Positions 11,180-25,118 of a stretch of 64,000 nt of DNA are shown here, piece by piece (within the stretch, counting starts at the first letter, position 1; each line of letters starts with the position of its first letter). The notes beneath the pieces are model-generated. The model was given only the letters and a program-made list of their open reading frames with translations. It was not told the DNA's origin and made no database searches. A program made the translations under genes and the position numbers. The DNA comes from Calcarisporiella thermophila CBS 279.70 (lineage: Eukaryota; Fungi; Calcarisporiellomycota): NCBI RefSeq assembly GCF_041956535.1, contig NW_027192194.1, forward strand, positions 612,545-676,544, given 5' to 3'.

Positions 11180-14100
11180 ATGTATTCAGCCAATCCAATC
11201 CATGATCGATCATCCCAGTCCTTCATAGATGCACAGGCCCAATTCCACCTCACAGAAGATAGCAATACCGCAAAAACTCGGGCGGCGTGTACCCGCTGTC
11301 GTCGCTACAAGGTGCGATGCGACGGGGATGGGGAGCATCCCTGCTCTCGCTGCCAAAAGATCGACTCCAACTGTTTCTACGCTCCCCCGTCTCGAGCCGA
11401 GGCCTGTGAGCGTTTGAAACAATGCATCGACGTGATCAAAGCTGGCCTCAAGAATCTTGAAAAGCCATCTCCGAAACCTAAAATAGGGGACCGCCCTGTG
11501 GCATGTGTGCGCTGCCGCTCATTGAAGGCAAGATGCGACTTTCAAACCCCGGTGTGCGGGCGCTGCAAGAGCATGTCGAAAATCTGCTCCTACTCGCATC
11601 CTCTCCCCGCCCCCAAAGTCCGCGATGCATATTCGTTTCAGGCTCTAAGCGACTGCTTGAACCATCTCTCAACATGGATGGAGCGGTTAGAGAGCGACAA
11701 TGACTTAAACATCAATAGCAGTAGACGCAGTTTTAGTAGCGACGAGAGTAGTAATGGCGAGAACAGCTCGACCGCCTCGGCCGAAAACGATTCCCCGCTC
11801 AAGGATGCGGGTGAAAGCGCGGAGCTACCCCTGGCGGATGAAAACCTCTCACTCGTCCCTGCCTCGGCCTTTTCTCCACCCAAAGAGCGGCGGAAAAGAT
11901 TGAGGGCCGAGCCCTCCTCTTTCGAATGGGTCTCTACATCAGCCACGGCAGGCAGGGCCGATTCCATGGCCTCTCTCGTGACATTCCGGGAGCAAACGAT
12001 CCTCCTGGAGGGGCTCAAGCACTCTCTCTCTGCCACCTCCATTGTGCCGAACCGCACCGGTCAACAGAAGACAGCGCTGGACATGTTGGCCCGCTTTTGG
12101 ACCGATGGGTGCCACGTGTTCCCGTCCCACTTTGCCACCTTTCTCCTTGACTCTTTCGAGCAAAGCTTTTACCTTAGCCCCTTCTACTCCGTCGGATTCT
12201 CGGCTCTCCAGAAGACAGAGACCTTCATGCAGTTGCTCAATAACCCAGCCCTCAACTCGATCTGTGCCGTCCAGCTCGGCACCCCGCACAACTTTCTTCA
12301 CATCGACAAGAATCTGCAGCGGAAGCTCAGCAACCTGTTTTTGGAGCGGGCTGAAAAATTCCTCTTCTCCTCGCAATGCATAAATCGGCCATCACCCGCC
12401 ATGGTGTATGCGTTGGCCAATTTGGCCCGGCAACGGCACTACGTGAGCCAGTCGCACCAGGCTGGCAAATATCTGGCGCAAGGGTTTAAGCTGGCGAAGC
12501 GGTTAGGGATGCATCGCAAGCGTCTCGTCGTCCCCAACGAGGCCATGCAGGATCCCATGGGCGCGGAGCTGCGCAAGCGCATCTTCTGGTACCTGGTCGG
12601 GGTGGACTGCTTCTCGGCGGTGTTTTCGGGGCACCCCCTTGTGTTCGATCAGATCGAGATCGACCAGGATTTGCCCATGAAGCTGCTCGGCGAGGACGAG
12701 GTTCGCTTCAGCATCTTCCATGGATTTGCCTCGCTGTTCCTGGCGACGCGGATCATCTTGCTGCGGGCCCACGCGGAGGAAACGCCGAGCGTCGAGACGA
12801 TGCTGGCCTTTGATAATATGCTGGACGACACCTACGAAAACCTGCCCTCCTGCCTCCGATTTCCGGACACGTCCTCCGGCGATGCCTCTGCGCAGTTTTC
12901 CGCATCGCTCTCCTGCCTGACCTATTTCTACACCCTGCGAATCGTGCTCCACAAGCCCTTCCTGCCCTCCTATCGATGGAGTGATCCGGCCAACTTCACG
13001 GGCGCCGTGGAGCATTCCTTTTCCATGTGCATGGCCGCGTCTTCGCACATCCTGAAAATGGCCGACGCCCTCTCCTCCCGCAAATTCCCCAAGGGATTCA
13101 TCACCCCCGTTCTCCTCACCGCGGATCTGCACATGCGCAATGCCCTTTCTCTTGACCAGCAGCGCCGCGCCCTGGGCATGGATGCTCTACGTCAGTGCCT
13201 GGGAATTTTGGAGCGCACAAGCCTTCCCGCCGTCCTCTACGGGTAATCCCCGGCGTCTCTCCTCCTGACGACCCATTGTTTCGCTAACGTCACTTCTCTC
13301 TCTTTCTCTCTCTCTCTAGGCAACCCGTGAATGAGATTAAGCAGTTCCTGACGAAATTTTTGGACTGCCCAAGTGCTTTCGTTGACTTCAACGCGCCCCT
13401 ACCGTATCGCATACGGCCTTCGCGCCCGGGGATTGAAGGGGGGGATCAGACCCGCGATCTCGACTGGTTTATGTTGGGCATTTCAATTATCTCAAGGCGT
13501 TCGTCGACGACCCCCTTGGAAGGCCAGGCCCAGTATCTCCAACAGCGGCATTCCCTGGTGCCCGCGAAATCGGCTCTCCCCCCGCCCACAGAAGTTCGTG
13601 AGGTTGAGGTGGTGCCCTCGCAACCCCCCACCGTCCCTTCCTTCCCCCCTCGGTTCAGCCAGGATTACTCCAACTCTCCCCCAGCCCTCGCAAAAGCCGG
13701 CTTCTCCGACCCACTCACCCTCAACAATATGCCTGCATCCGCCCTTACGCCCATGCTGGATGGGGAGTCACAGGTCATGCTTGATTACTCGCTCTCCAGT
13801 GGTTTTAGCAGAAGTGCAATTCCCCCTTCGCTGCCTTTCATGGATGCACTGATGGCCAGCTCATCTTCTGCTCCCACCCAGATGCCATCGTCGGTGTCCA
13901 TTGCAGTGGAGCCGCGGCTCTATGCGGGAATTCAGGGCATCAGAGGCGAGGAGAGTGTGGAGAACAAGTTCGCAAACGAAGCGGGAACAGACATCAGCTT
14001 CGCACCCACCTATGTCTCCCCTTCTATTCCAACTTTACCCCTGGCATTGACGCAAAACCAACCGTCCCAGTCGTATATCTCTGCCGTATACTCCCACGAT

Positions 14101-14325
14101 GCACTTGGATTTGAAAAATCGCTCGGGATACCCCAAGATATTAGCGCATCCACCACTGGTGGAGCCGCTGGCGCTCCAACTCAGAATTCCCTGGCGGCGG
14201 GCGGGCATCGGCAAGAAAAACGTGCGCAAGACTTTGGATTTTGGGTAAGTGTCTCTAGATTTGGATAGATTTCAAGACAGCCCTTTATTGACTCTCTCAT
14301 TTCCCTACTCTAGCCAATATTCTAG
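11180..14325 (+). CDS. Fungal Zn(II)2Cys6 transcription factor with two binuclear clusters and a Fungal_trans middle-homology domain
   Basis: Clusters ACTRCRRYKVRC...PCSRC...C and ACVRCRSLKARC...VCGRC...C; MHR motif AKRLGMHR...ELRKRIFWYL..VD. Introns at about 13242-13319 and 14245-14313. Confidence 0.88.
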
Positions 14326-14671
14326 GTCGCCGAGTGACAAGATAAAAAAAAATAAACACTGCATGATCTTTCTATGTATTATTTGTCTCCTTTTTGACAT
14401 GATCCCCTGCTGTCCATTTCCACTCTGTATTTTGTGTTTAATTATTTCGTTTGCAGTTCCTTCCCTTTCTATGCTGTTCTTATATGATGTACCAGTATGA
14501 TCACTTCGATTTTTTCCTCCTCTTCCTAATGAATCAAAGACATGATTGGCTGTGCCACTCCTAACCCCATTGAGTTAACGCGAAACGCCTCTCCGACCCT
14601 CCCACCTCTTCTCGAGGAGTTTCCTCGATACACCCTACCCTTACTTCAGAAAAAGCAAAATCGCACATCAA

Positions 14672-15579
14672 ATGTCTCATCACCAAGCCAACCCCTTTAG
14701 TAATTTCATCGCCGCAATCAAGTCACGCTTGGCCTTACAAGGCTTCCAGTCACCCGTCATCAATGTCGATATCAGTGAGGACGAGGTTGTTTCAAAGGTG
14801 AATGATCTTAAAGAGTCGACGGCCGGCTGGTTCGGGGCACAGCGTGCCAAACTCCAAGAGTCCGAAGCCGAGGCGAATCTTCGCCTCGTCGGGGGGCGCG
14901 TTCAGGATGAACTTACCGATGCGAATGCTTGGCTAATTCGCCATCCTCAGATCGGCGGGCGGTGGCTGCGGGAACGAGGGCCGGTGAAGCATATGGTAGG
15001 GGGACTTGAACAGGTTCCCTTGTCGGCAATGTATGCCGCTGCATTCGCGATCTACTTTTTGATCATGATGGTGCGAATTTGGAGGAGGCGGAAGGCGACT
15101 GGGGTCTACTTAGGGGCGGGAACACTGGAGAAGATAAAGTGGGGGCAAAATGGAACGCATGCCGAAGGTAAGGCCCGCAGCATGCACGTATATGCTGTGG
15201 GATTCTAAGCTCTCTCCTTTGTAATTCTTTATTTCTAGAGCGGACCTATGAACCTCCCAACACCAAGCAACTCGATGGCCTGATGCGTGCGCTCGACGCT
15301 ATCAACGGTTATTTTGTTACCATATTGATTGCGGTTGTGCTGCTTGCAGTGGTCGAGACGAGCGGGTTCCTTTCGCGTCCTGTGCTGCACTATCTCTACT
15401 TCACGCTTGGGGTCGGTGCTCTGCTCAACTATGAGAGCAGCATGAGCGAGCCGGATGTGTTTACGCTCGGGCGACGGGAAGTTGGGACATGGGCCATGCT
15501 TGGGGTGATAGTTGTAGCGGCCGGAGCATGTATGGTGGCCGTGTTGAGAAGTTATGTGGGCGGCGCTCTTGGTGTGTGA
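14672..15579 (+). CDS. Hypothetical membrane protein (about 4 TM helices); 2 exons
   Basis: Two ORFs joined by a gtaagg...tttctag intron (about 15168-15238), with several hydrophobic helices. No family recognised. Confidence 0.6.
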
Positions 15580-16039
15580 TATTCCGTGGAACCTAGGAGT
15601 TAGCTGCTGGTACGCACTGTAAGAAATATCATCTCTTGTGAATTTTCATCTTTATTCGCTTTTGCTTTTCTTGTCCTTTTTTGGGGATCTCTTTCATTGA
15701 TTGTTTTTTGCCCTTCTAAGTTTCCATTACTATGTCTCCTACCTGTTTGTCACTTATAGTCTCAGAGTATTGAATATTCGCTTTCGTTCGACTAAATTGT
15801 TAATTTTTTTTTGTCTACATCTTAATCCCAATTCTTATCCAACACTGGTCAGATTTTTTATTTTTAATGGCGAAGGGGTAAAGCGCCTGTTATTGGCTGT
15901 TCTTGGCCATATTTGCCATATTGGAGTTGGGATCTAAGGACTCGAGGAACAAAGCCTATTCGATTTTGTATACTCTCATTCTATTTCACCTTATCCCAGA
16001 CTCTCATCTCTAATTGATCTGCCATCCGCCCTCGAAATC

Positions 16040-17164
16040 ATGGCCTCTGCTCTCTTGAATTGTCTACTTCCGTTTTTCTCACAGCCACAATACGTCTCTC
16101 CGCAGGAAGTTGCACAGCTTCCGCCGGACCAGTTTTTGAACAGGGTAGGGAATAATAATAAGTGGTAATGTGGGTTGGAGGTGGTACTGATGTAGCTGCG
16201 CTTTTCAGACCATGGAGTGTGCCTCCTCGGTCGTGCACAACCAAGAAATCACAGGCCAACTTCTCCCGCAACGGATGCAGGGCGATCCGCGTCAGCTCAT
16301 CCAGCAAGCATTCACTGCAGCGAGCCAGGCATGTGTGCTTGATAGAGATCGCGATATTATCGAATATCTTCGGATATGCGTGCAAACCGCCATGGCCAAT
16401 CAGGGCCAGCAGCAGCACCCCTATCAACCCCCCGTGCAGCAGCCACCCGTACAGTACCAGCCGCCGCAGCCGCAGCACCACCCGGGAAGCTATGCTAGTG
16501 CGGTAGGCGGAAACGGCATTCCAATGCAGCCCATTCAGCATCAGCCCCCGCCGATGCAACAGCAGCCCGTCAAATCCGATGTTTATGCCAAAGCCTTCTT
16601 CTTCCCGTCGGAACAGAACTTCAAGGTATGGAAACCTAGTGCAAATAGGAGGGTGCTTAAAGCTTACCGACATTTCCTTCCTTTGCTTTTCGTTTGCACG
16701 TAGCAATTGACCGAGTTCATCGATTCCGCCCAGCAAACCCTCGACTGTTGTGTCTTCACGATCACTGACGACACGGTATCGAATGCCCTCATACGGGCTA
16801 AGCAGCGCGGAGTCACCGTGCGCATCATCAGTGATGACGAGCAGGCGCAGGCACGCGGATCAGACGTGTTCCGGTTGAAGGAAGAGAACGGAATCCCGTA
16901 CAAGCTCGACAACTCCCCCGCACACATGCATCACAAGTTTGCGGTGGCGGATAGGAAACGCCTGTTGACGGGATCCTACAACTGGACAAAAGGTATGCTG
17001 TTTATTTGAATTGAATACTGGCCTGGTTGAACCCATGTGGGATCTGTTTGAACTTTTTAGGGGCGCGTTTCGATAATCGCGAGAATTTCCTCGTCACCAA
17101 CCACCAAGCCTTAGTTCAAGAATTCTCGACCGAGTTTGACCGCCTATGGAATGAATTTAAGTAG
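16040..17164 (+). CDS. PLD6: Single-HKD phospholipase D/nuclease, PLD6/Zucchini/MitoPLD-like; 4 exons
   Basis: Exons 16040-16144, 16209-16625, 16704-16992 and about 17061-17164 give CVFTITDD, GVTVRII, HMHHKFAVAD-x6-GSYNWT-x6-NREN and EFDRLW. Confidence 0.85.
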
Positions 17165-17868
17165 ACGCCCTCTTCGTCTGCCCTCCTCAATGTATTCCTA
17201 CACTTCTGTTATTTTTACACTGCATTCATAATATGCTATCGTTTGCAAGATGCGATTTTCATTCTTGTTTTTATTTTCTTTATTTTTATACTATTTGGAA
17301 ATAGAGTGTGATTTGTTCTAAACCTGCGCAGCACCCAAATTAAATGTTAGGGCAGGAGATGGATAAGAATTTCTATTCAGAGCAATTTTCGGAACTCTAG
17401 CTCCGACACCACCGAGGTCGGTTGGATTCCCCCTAGACCAAGTCGACATGGCTCAATGTGATGAGGAAGTGGCTTCACCCTCCGAATTCCCCATCCCTGG
17501 CTAAGGGAGAATGTCCATGGCGCGGTTGGATTCGTCTTACTCATAAGGGGAGGAACTTACGCGTGTGCCGCCTGTGTTTCCGCGTAGAATACCGCTGGCC
17601 AACACAAAGCTTTTCCAGTCGTACAGAATATGTATTCCCTTATTTACGAAAGGTTCAAGAAAAAGCGATCCTCTTGTTGATTTCATATCCCTTTTTCCCT
17701 GCTCTTCTTTTGCTAGATGCTAGCAGGGGCTAGTTTTGCGCTGTCCTGATTACCACTTTCTAATACCAAGTTATTAGTGTGTGTATCTCGACCCACGGCG
17801 GACGGATATCGAATCCCCCGGTTTTCGTTTCCCATTAGTGTCCTGTACGCTTCCCCGCTTAGCTGACT

Positions 17869-20800
17869 ATGGATTTGAATCCCAACGATATTCAGGATGT
17901 GAGCCAGGAGAATTTCACGCTGAAAGGCATGCTCACCCAGCTGGGCATCAATATTGGATTTTCCGCATTGGGTATTGGTCACTCATTCATTGCTTGCTTG
18001 CATGGAGTTGACTAATGCGTGTTCTTTTTTTCATTTTTTTTTTTTTGGATTCCATCCGCGACACCCAATAGCTCTTTTGGCGTTTAGTGTTTTTCGGCCG
18101 AGAAATAAAATAGTATATGCGCCGAAGAGTAAATATATTAGGAATGAAAGGTGAGAGGAATGCGGTTTGCCTGTGCCATTTCTTTGATATGAACCTTTAT
18201 TCTTTTTTTTTCGATGTTGACAGTAAGCAGCCGCCCCCTATCGGAAGTGGCCTCTTTGATGTGGGTGTTATTTGAAGATTGAATGGGCGCTCTATAGCCT
18301 AAGCAATTACTTATTTGTGTATGATGCGTTTCTCTATGTAGTGGATCAAGCCCGTAGTCAAATCTCCTGAGGATCTGCTCATTGATAAAATCGGTTACGA
18401 CGCGGTGCTCTTCATCAGGACTGTGTCCTTCTTTTTCCGCATGTTTGCCATCTTCACCATCATATCTATTTTTATCACCATCCCCATCAACATCGTTGCT
18501 ACCCTGAACACGAACGACGGCAACATCCCGGACGAGCCCGTCAAGTTGCTTAGCATCTCCGGTATCAAAGGCGAAAAGACTTCGTTGTGGTTCATTGCCG
18601 TATGTATCCATGCTAGCAGTATTGCATATCTCTCACGCTCTCGAGCCGATTTCCCCCTTCTTTTCTAACCACCCTCCACCTTTGCATCAGCATATCCTGA
18701 TCACATGGATTTTCTCAATCATTACCCTGCGCCTGCTGCTCGGGCATTACCACCTAGCGATCTCACTCAGCAGGCGGTACTTTCAGTCCGACGAATACCT
18801 TTGTTCACTGCATTCCCGCACGCTTATTGCCCTTAATCTAGAACATATCAAGTCTGACGAGGAGTTAGAGCTGTACATGAAGAGATATCGATTGAAGTAT
18901 CCGATCCATGAGGCCCATCTGGGCCACGAAATCGAAGACCTGTCCGAGCTCATCAAGAAACACGAGAATAATGTTCGTAAGTTGGAGATAGCGCTGGCGC
19001 AGTATCTGAAAGGTAGTCTGTATGCCCCCCTTCCTCAACCTTGAACATCGCGTCGTGTTCATCCCATTCAATGTATCTTGTGTTGTTGGTTTAACAGGTC
19101 CAAACAAGCTTGCATCCAAGCGCCCAGTGCATCGCATCGGTGGCTATTTATGGTGGGGTGGACGGAAGGTGGACTCCATCGACCACTATACCCGTAAGAT
19201 TCAAAAGCTGGAGGAGCGAATTGCCACGGCCCGCGAGGAGGTTGCCCGTGGACGCAAAGTCAACTATGGGTTTTTGATGTTTGCCAACTCGATTCAAGCG
19301 CATGGAACGGCACGCAAGCTAGAGAATAAGGATGTGCTATCCAGGCTGAATCTGGATCCTCCTAGTGTATTTATGGCTCCCGAGCCAAAAGACATCCTGT
19401 GGGATAACATACGGTTGAATCACCACGCAAGGCGTACAAAACGCATCATCGGAAATCTGCTGTTCACCGGTAAGTAGCAACCCCCTAGCCCTTCTGAAAT
19501 TGTGTAGAGATAGTATGATCAGGCTCATTAAACCCAATCTTCACTCCATTTGAACAGGGTTCTGTTTTCTCTGGGCGATTCCCCTTTCTTTTATATCCAG
19601 TCTGGCCCACGTGAGAAAAATCATAGAGATATTCCCACAATCGAGCGAGTTCATGGAGAAAAACAAGTTCATTGCAAGTATGCATTTTCTTCCGATTCTC
19701 TGCGGTCAATGCTTTTATTTGACTCCCAGGGCTAATCGCTCTTCCTTGTCTTTTTAACAACAGCCTTGATTGAATCAACCCTCTCCCCCCTGATCATGTT
19801 GACCATTGTCCTAATCTTGCCGTCGATTTTTCGCATTCTTTCAAAGCAACAGGGTAGATAAGACATTTTATATCACCACCAGATGCACCAACTAATCGAA
19901 GACTTCTTACTCCACAGGTGCACTCACCAAATCCTCGCTTGACCGCCAGGTCCTTAGCAAGCTCTACTTGTTCTTCCTTGTCAACAACCTGATCTACTAC
20001 ACCATGTTCTCCACCCTGATATTCATTTCGAACGAGATCCACAATTTTCTCGAGCGAAATCCAGGCATCTCCCTGCAGCAAATCTTTAAGCAGTTGCAAG
20101 ACATCAAGATATTCGATCAGATCAGCAAGAGTCTTGTCAATACCGCGACCTATTGGATCAACTACATATCGCTGCGGAATCTGTCCGTCATGCTGGATCT
20201 GGCGCAAGTCGCATCACTGATAATTATCTGGATGAGGTAAGTTGTTTTACTTTTTTTTTTCTCGCGTTATGGCCCGAGTATCATTCTTATGCACCATGAA
20301 TGTTGGAATTTGGCACTCTTAGAAAAAACTTTACCAATCCGACTCCCCGTCAGCTGAGAGAGCTCACACGGCCGCATTCATTCCAGTATCCCATCTACTA
20401 TAATTTACTCATTTTCACGATGACGGTTGGCTTGGTATATTCGGTGATAGGTAGGCGGGCACGACTTTCGTTTTAGTTTTTACGTCTTTCTAAAAGCTTC
20501 CAGCATGACTAACCGATGCGACCTCTCCTATTTCAATGCTAGCCCCACTGATTTTGCCATTTTGCGCCGTTTACTTTGCAGTGACCTACATTGTTCTTCG
20601 ATACCAGCTCCTGTATGTATCTGTCCTTCTATTCTCTTGCATATCACATTTTTCTATTAAGCGGATGTGGAGATCACTGGCTCTATCGACTCACTTATAT
20701 AACTATAGCTATGTCTGCCAAACCAAAGTCGAAACGGGAGGCCGAATGTGGCGAGTAGTCTTCAATCGGATCCTCGCCTCTACGCTGCTCTTTCAGCTGC

Positions 20801-21905
20801 TGATGCTAGCAACGGTGAACATGAAGGCCAGCAACCGGCTCTACGCCATCGCCCTTGCTCCACTGCCTTTTCTCACGATCGCGTTTAAGGTGTACTGCCG
20901 GAAACGACTTGACCCCCTTGCACGATATTTCGAGATGAGCGCCACCGAGCAGCTCGTTGGGAAGCCCTGTTTTCGCCCGGGTGGAGGGCAACTAAGCCAG
21001 AGATTTGGGCACCCCGCCTTATATTGTGACTTGCCTACGCCGATGGTGCATGCAAATGTGAAGCACATGCTAGCGGAGGTGTATTCAGGGAGGATGGAGG
21101 AGGAGGTCACGGTGGAGAAGACGACGGGCTATGTGCGCCATTCCACAGTGAAGCACTTGTCCATGTTGGACAGCACGGGAGTCCGATTCCAGACCGTGGA
21201 GGAGGATGAGCTGCTGGTGGATGATTCGCGAGAAGGATTGGAGGGGTAAGAGAAGATCCGCTGGTTTGAGCTCCCATTTTTCGCTGCAGTGCTAACGAAG
21301 ATGTATGATTGACCCCAAACAGCTATTACAAGGACGCGGAATTCCTTGACGACTACATCCAGGCCCCCGGATCTCGGCCTCGCTCAGATAACGCGTCCGA
21401 ATACTCGTTCTCTTATTCTCCCACAAAATCCCCTTACTCGGACTATCTTGAGCTCACTGAGATGCCCTCATTTTCTCGGCTGAACAGCGACTCCTCCAAC
21501 CCCCCCGCCACGCTTCTCGAGACTGAGGATGCCGGCCTCATACAACACGCGCAAGATATGGCCTACGCGCACACCCCCTTGCATTCCCCTGTATCGATAG
21601 CTACCCTTGATACCCAAATACCGCCACCATCTAACAACGAAATCGCGAAGTCGCCCCAGGAGAATACGGCCGGTGGTACACCGCCTCATGCCCAGCTCTT
21701 AAATACAAGCGAATATTCCCCTTATGGAGGACATGGCACGGTAAATCGGCAGCAGCAGCAGGCACCTTCGCAATCAAATCATTCCTATCACCCTGCTTGT
21801 GCTCAATCGCTGGAGCAAAGCCCTTTGTTCTCTGGTCGAGATATCCCGGAAGAAAACGCGACCTCCCATGAGCTCCAACCGGGTGCCTTCAGGGCTGCTC
21901 CATGA
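17869..21905 (+). CDS. CSC1/OSCA/TMEM63 (RSN1/DUF221) calcium-permeable stress-gated channel; many exons
   Basis: Hallmark segments: FSVFRPRNKIVYAPK, APEPKDILWDN, TATYWINYISLR, APLILPFCAVYF and ETGGRMWRVVFNR. Confidence 0.9.
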
Positions 21906-22525
21906 GGGTTCCTATAAACCTTCACTCACCCACAACCCATCCAATACCTTTTCTATCTCCAAACCAGTCACCATAGCATTATTTTCTTCTGAAATGCTGG
22001 TACGAGGAATTTTGTAAAATAGAGGGTCTTGACTATGTTTTTTTTATTTAATTATCGCTATTTTTCTCCACATTACCCCTTTAGCATGTTTTCCTCTCTC
22101 TGTTTATCTCCTGTTGTTTTTTTTTCTCTATATCTTCCACCCATCGCCAACATGATAGCCATGGCAAAGGCTTTTGGCCAAACTCTGAGTATATTGCTAA
22201 CAATAAGAAATAAGAGTCGAACAGAGCACCCCTAAGATATACAAGAAGGTATCACCGCCACGGCGGGCGAAGTTATCACTGGTGTATCTATAGGGCAGGT
22301 TATGAATAAAGATAAGAGTGAAACTATTTACAGGTTAGAGGTGGGTGACAACAACAAGAGACTCATGAATAAATTGGACAAGAGCACAAATAAGCGATGG
22401 ATATTAAAGGGGTGTACAGTATGGTATAGAAGAAGGGGGAGGAGGGTAGAGCTTGGAGAAGAGGATTGGAACTTTCTATGCGAGACCAGCAACAGAGAGG
22501 GAGGAGCCAGAGGAGTGGGGAGGGA

Positions 22526-23692
22526 TTATGAGCTGCTTGAGCCAGGTTCTCCAACTTGGTAGAATCGGCCGATATCATCTATATTGCTCACTTCCGTAAC
22601 CTTGTGCGACACCCCCCGGATGTATCTCCCCTCATCCTCCAACTCCCTTCGCATTAATTCCTCGCCGCGTCGGCGCCGGGACTCCTCGTCCATCTCGGGA
22701 TGTGCCCAGTGGCCGAACTGCGTTTGATCAAAGGATTCAGGTCGCGCTAGGATCAGTGCAGGTGCTTGGAGGCTTGGTCTGTATGGTTCTCCAGCCGTTA
22801 GAGATGCAAACGACGCTACTGAGGATCGACGCCGCAGCTGATGTTGCCTCACGTGCCTTCTCCACACGAAAAACACCGCAATCACCGCAAATACAATGCA
22901 CACACACCCCGCGGAAATAACCCCGACCAGCCACGGCTGGATCCCCGAGGAATGGCTGTCCTCAAAGGGGAGCACAGCCGATGCGACCTTGGGGGTCACC
23001 GTGACGTGGATTTGCGAGTGAACCAGCATGGTGGTCATGGACTCAATCGAGGTGGTGACCACGGATGTCCTTGGCAATTCCGCCCGCTGCAGGATGAAAA
23101 AGGTTGGCCCCTTCAGCAGAGAGCCCCGGGGTTCTTTGTGGCGTGCAACCTGCCATGCATAGCTCAGCTTCCTTGCGACGGGGCCGGGTGGCTTACTCTT
23201 GGGATACCACGAACCATTCACGCGCACGTCCAATGCCCCATCGTTGGGAACGCCCTTAAAGGAGAGAATCTCCACATCGACTCCATTCTCCTGAAATAAA
23301 AGATAGAAATCGACTTTCACCGCGGGCGCCAGTTCTGGATTGCGGTTATTCCACTCCAGCGTGTAAGATGTGCCATTTTGCCACTCCTCTGCTGGAGGAG
23401 GAGAACAGTAGATCACATCTGGATCGTCAACGCATGTGTCGTCGCCCAAATACTCATCGTCTTCTGCTTCGGTGTCATCTAGAATACAAAAACACACCAT
23501 GGAACAAAATTAATTAGCGCGCTAAAAAAACTCCGATATCGTGTATTGATAAATACTTTGCCGCCGAAATGGAGAATACTTGTTGGGGACGCAATCAGCA
23601 ACATGAGTGCTCAACCATAACTCGAACCATAACAATGTTGCCAGGGGAGGAAGGGTATAAGAGCAAGTACGCGGTATTTTCCTGACGCTCAT
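22526..23692 (-). CDS. Type I single-pass membrane protein (signal peptide, beta-rich ectodomain, Ser/Thr stalk, TM, cytoplasmic tail)
   Basis: Exon 1 from ATG 23692 encodes a hydrophobic leader and splices to the 22526..23480 ORF. TM WLVGVISAGCVCIVFAVIAVFFVW is followed by RRHVR. Confidence 0.65.
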
Positions 23693-23987
23693 ACTGTCAG
23701 CATGGATATAATTAAATTAGGTAAGAGTGAAAGAGTGAGGACAAAGGCAAAGAGCGTGGCGGAGGGGGCATTAGAGCATGGTTTACAATCTGGAGATGGG
23801 GTGACCGCAAATATATATATATTGACCGGTATACAGTGATCAAAAATCGACGACAATGACAACAGAAAGGAAGAAAAAAAAAATACAAAAACCAAAGAGA
23901 TAGGAGAAAAATAGGGCGAAATGGGATTCGCCTCCATTTTTTTAGGCTGAATTCGAAATTCCAAAAATACGCACAGAGCTTAAAAAG

Positions 23988-25118
23988 TCAAAGTGAGGCT
24001 GAAAATGATTTCGCCAATTTCCAGTATCCATAGTCATCGCCGTTGTCTATGCGCTCCACTATTTTATCCTCTAGAAAGAAAATATCGTCAATGAACTTGG
24101 CGGATAAAATAAAACGCACCACCCATCCCCTGCAAGTTAGACTTACTCAACAGTTTGCGTAAATGGAGCACGATTCCGTGAGTAGCGGCCGGCCACAAGC
24201 TCTCCGGATAGTCACGATAGATGATTTCGACTATTTCCAGCGGCGTCCACCAATTCGTATGCTCAGACTCCTTTTTGTTTTCGGAGCGCATCACCTCAAT
24301 CACCTGCTCCTCCCGATCCTTTCGGTGCTGGATGTATTCCTGCAGCTTTGCGATCCCATCTTCGATGACCGGACCGTGCGCAGGATAGAGGCGTTTGGGA
24401 CCAAGTGATACCATGCGCTGCAGAGATTCCATGTATTTACTAAGATCTTCAAACACTGCCTGATGAAGACAAAAAAAAAGATGTATTAAACGTTTGAAAT
24501 GCGCTCGATGCAACGCTCTGTCTTATATATCTTACCGTTCCTTGGCCAAGCACACAATCTCCGGTAAATAGCGCCTCCTCCTCCTCCAAAAAGAAGCAGC
24601 AGTGATCATCCGTGTGGCCTGGCGTGTGGACTGCGCGTAGCGTGACCCCCTCGGTCTTAAATGTTTGCCCATCTTGAATGGGGGTGAATCTCACCTCAAT
24701 ATCTCTGTCATGCTCCACACTGGGATATTTATAAAATGAACTAGAGCCAAGAGTGTCAACGTCCTTCATGCCTCCGATGTGGTCTCGGTGCCAATGTGAG
24801 AGCAACACCTGATCGACACTGCACTCTAGCTCGCGAAGCGATTGCTTAAGGAGGGATATGTACTCAGGTCGACCCTCACCAGTGTCCAATAATATTTTCT
24901 TGGTGCCTGTGCCGATCAGGTAAGTATTTGTGCCTTGTAGAGTGAATTTGCCTTTGGAATTTATTTCCAAAAAAAAATACCAAGGCCGTGTTAATGAGGA
25001 AATGACTAATTAGAATGTCACATTGGATGAAGCTGATCCTACCTGGATTTTGGCCCAACACCCTCCATACTCTATTAGAGAGCCGCACGAAATTTGGGAG
25101 CTGAACTAGGGTTTCCAT
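23988..25118 (-). CDS. LACTB2: Metallo-beta-lactamase-fold endoribonuclease, LACTB2-like; 4 exons
   Basis: RVLGQNPG|KFTLQGTNTYLIG, SHWHRDHIGG (HxHxDH), HTPGHTDDH, FTGDCVLGQGT, YPAHGP and a C-terminal winged-helix segment (IVEIIYRDYP...HLRKL). Confidence 0.9.

Noticed and set aside
11210-13179. Many long antisense and alternative-frame ORFs (also over azgA, the Grainyhead-like gene and SIS1)
   Set aside because: Expected shadow ORFs of GC3-rich coding sequence; no motifs and mostly non-ATG starts.
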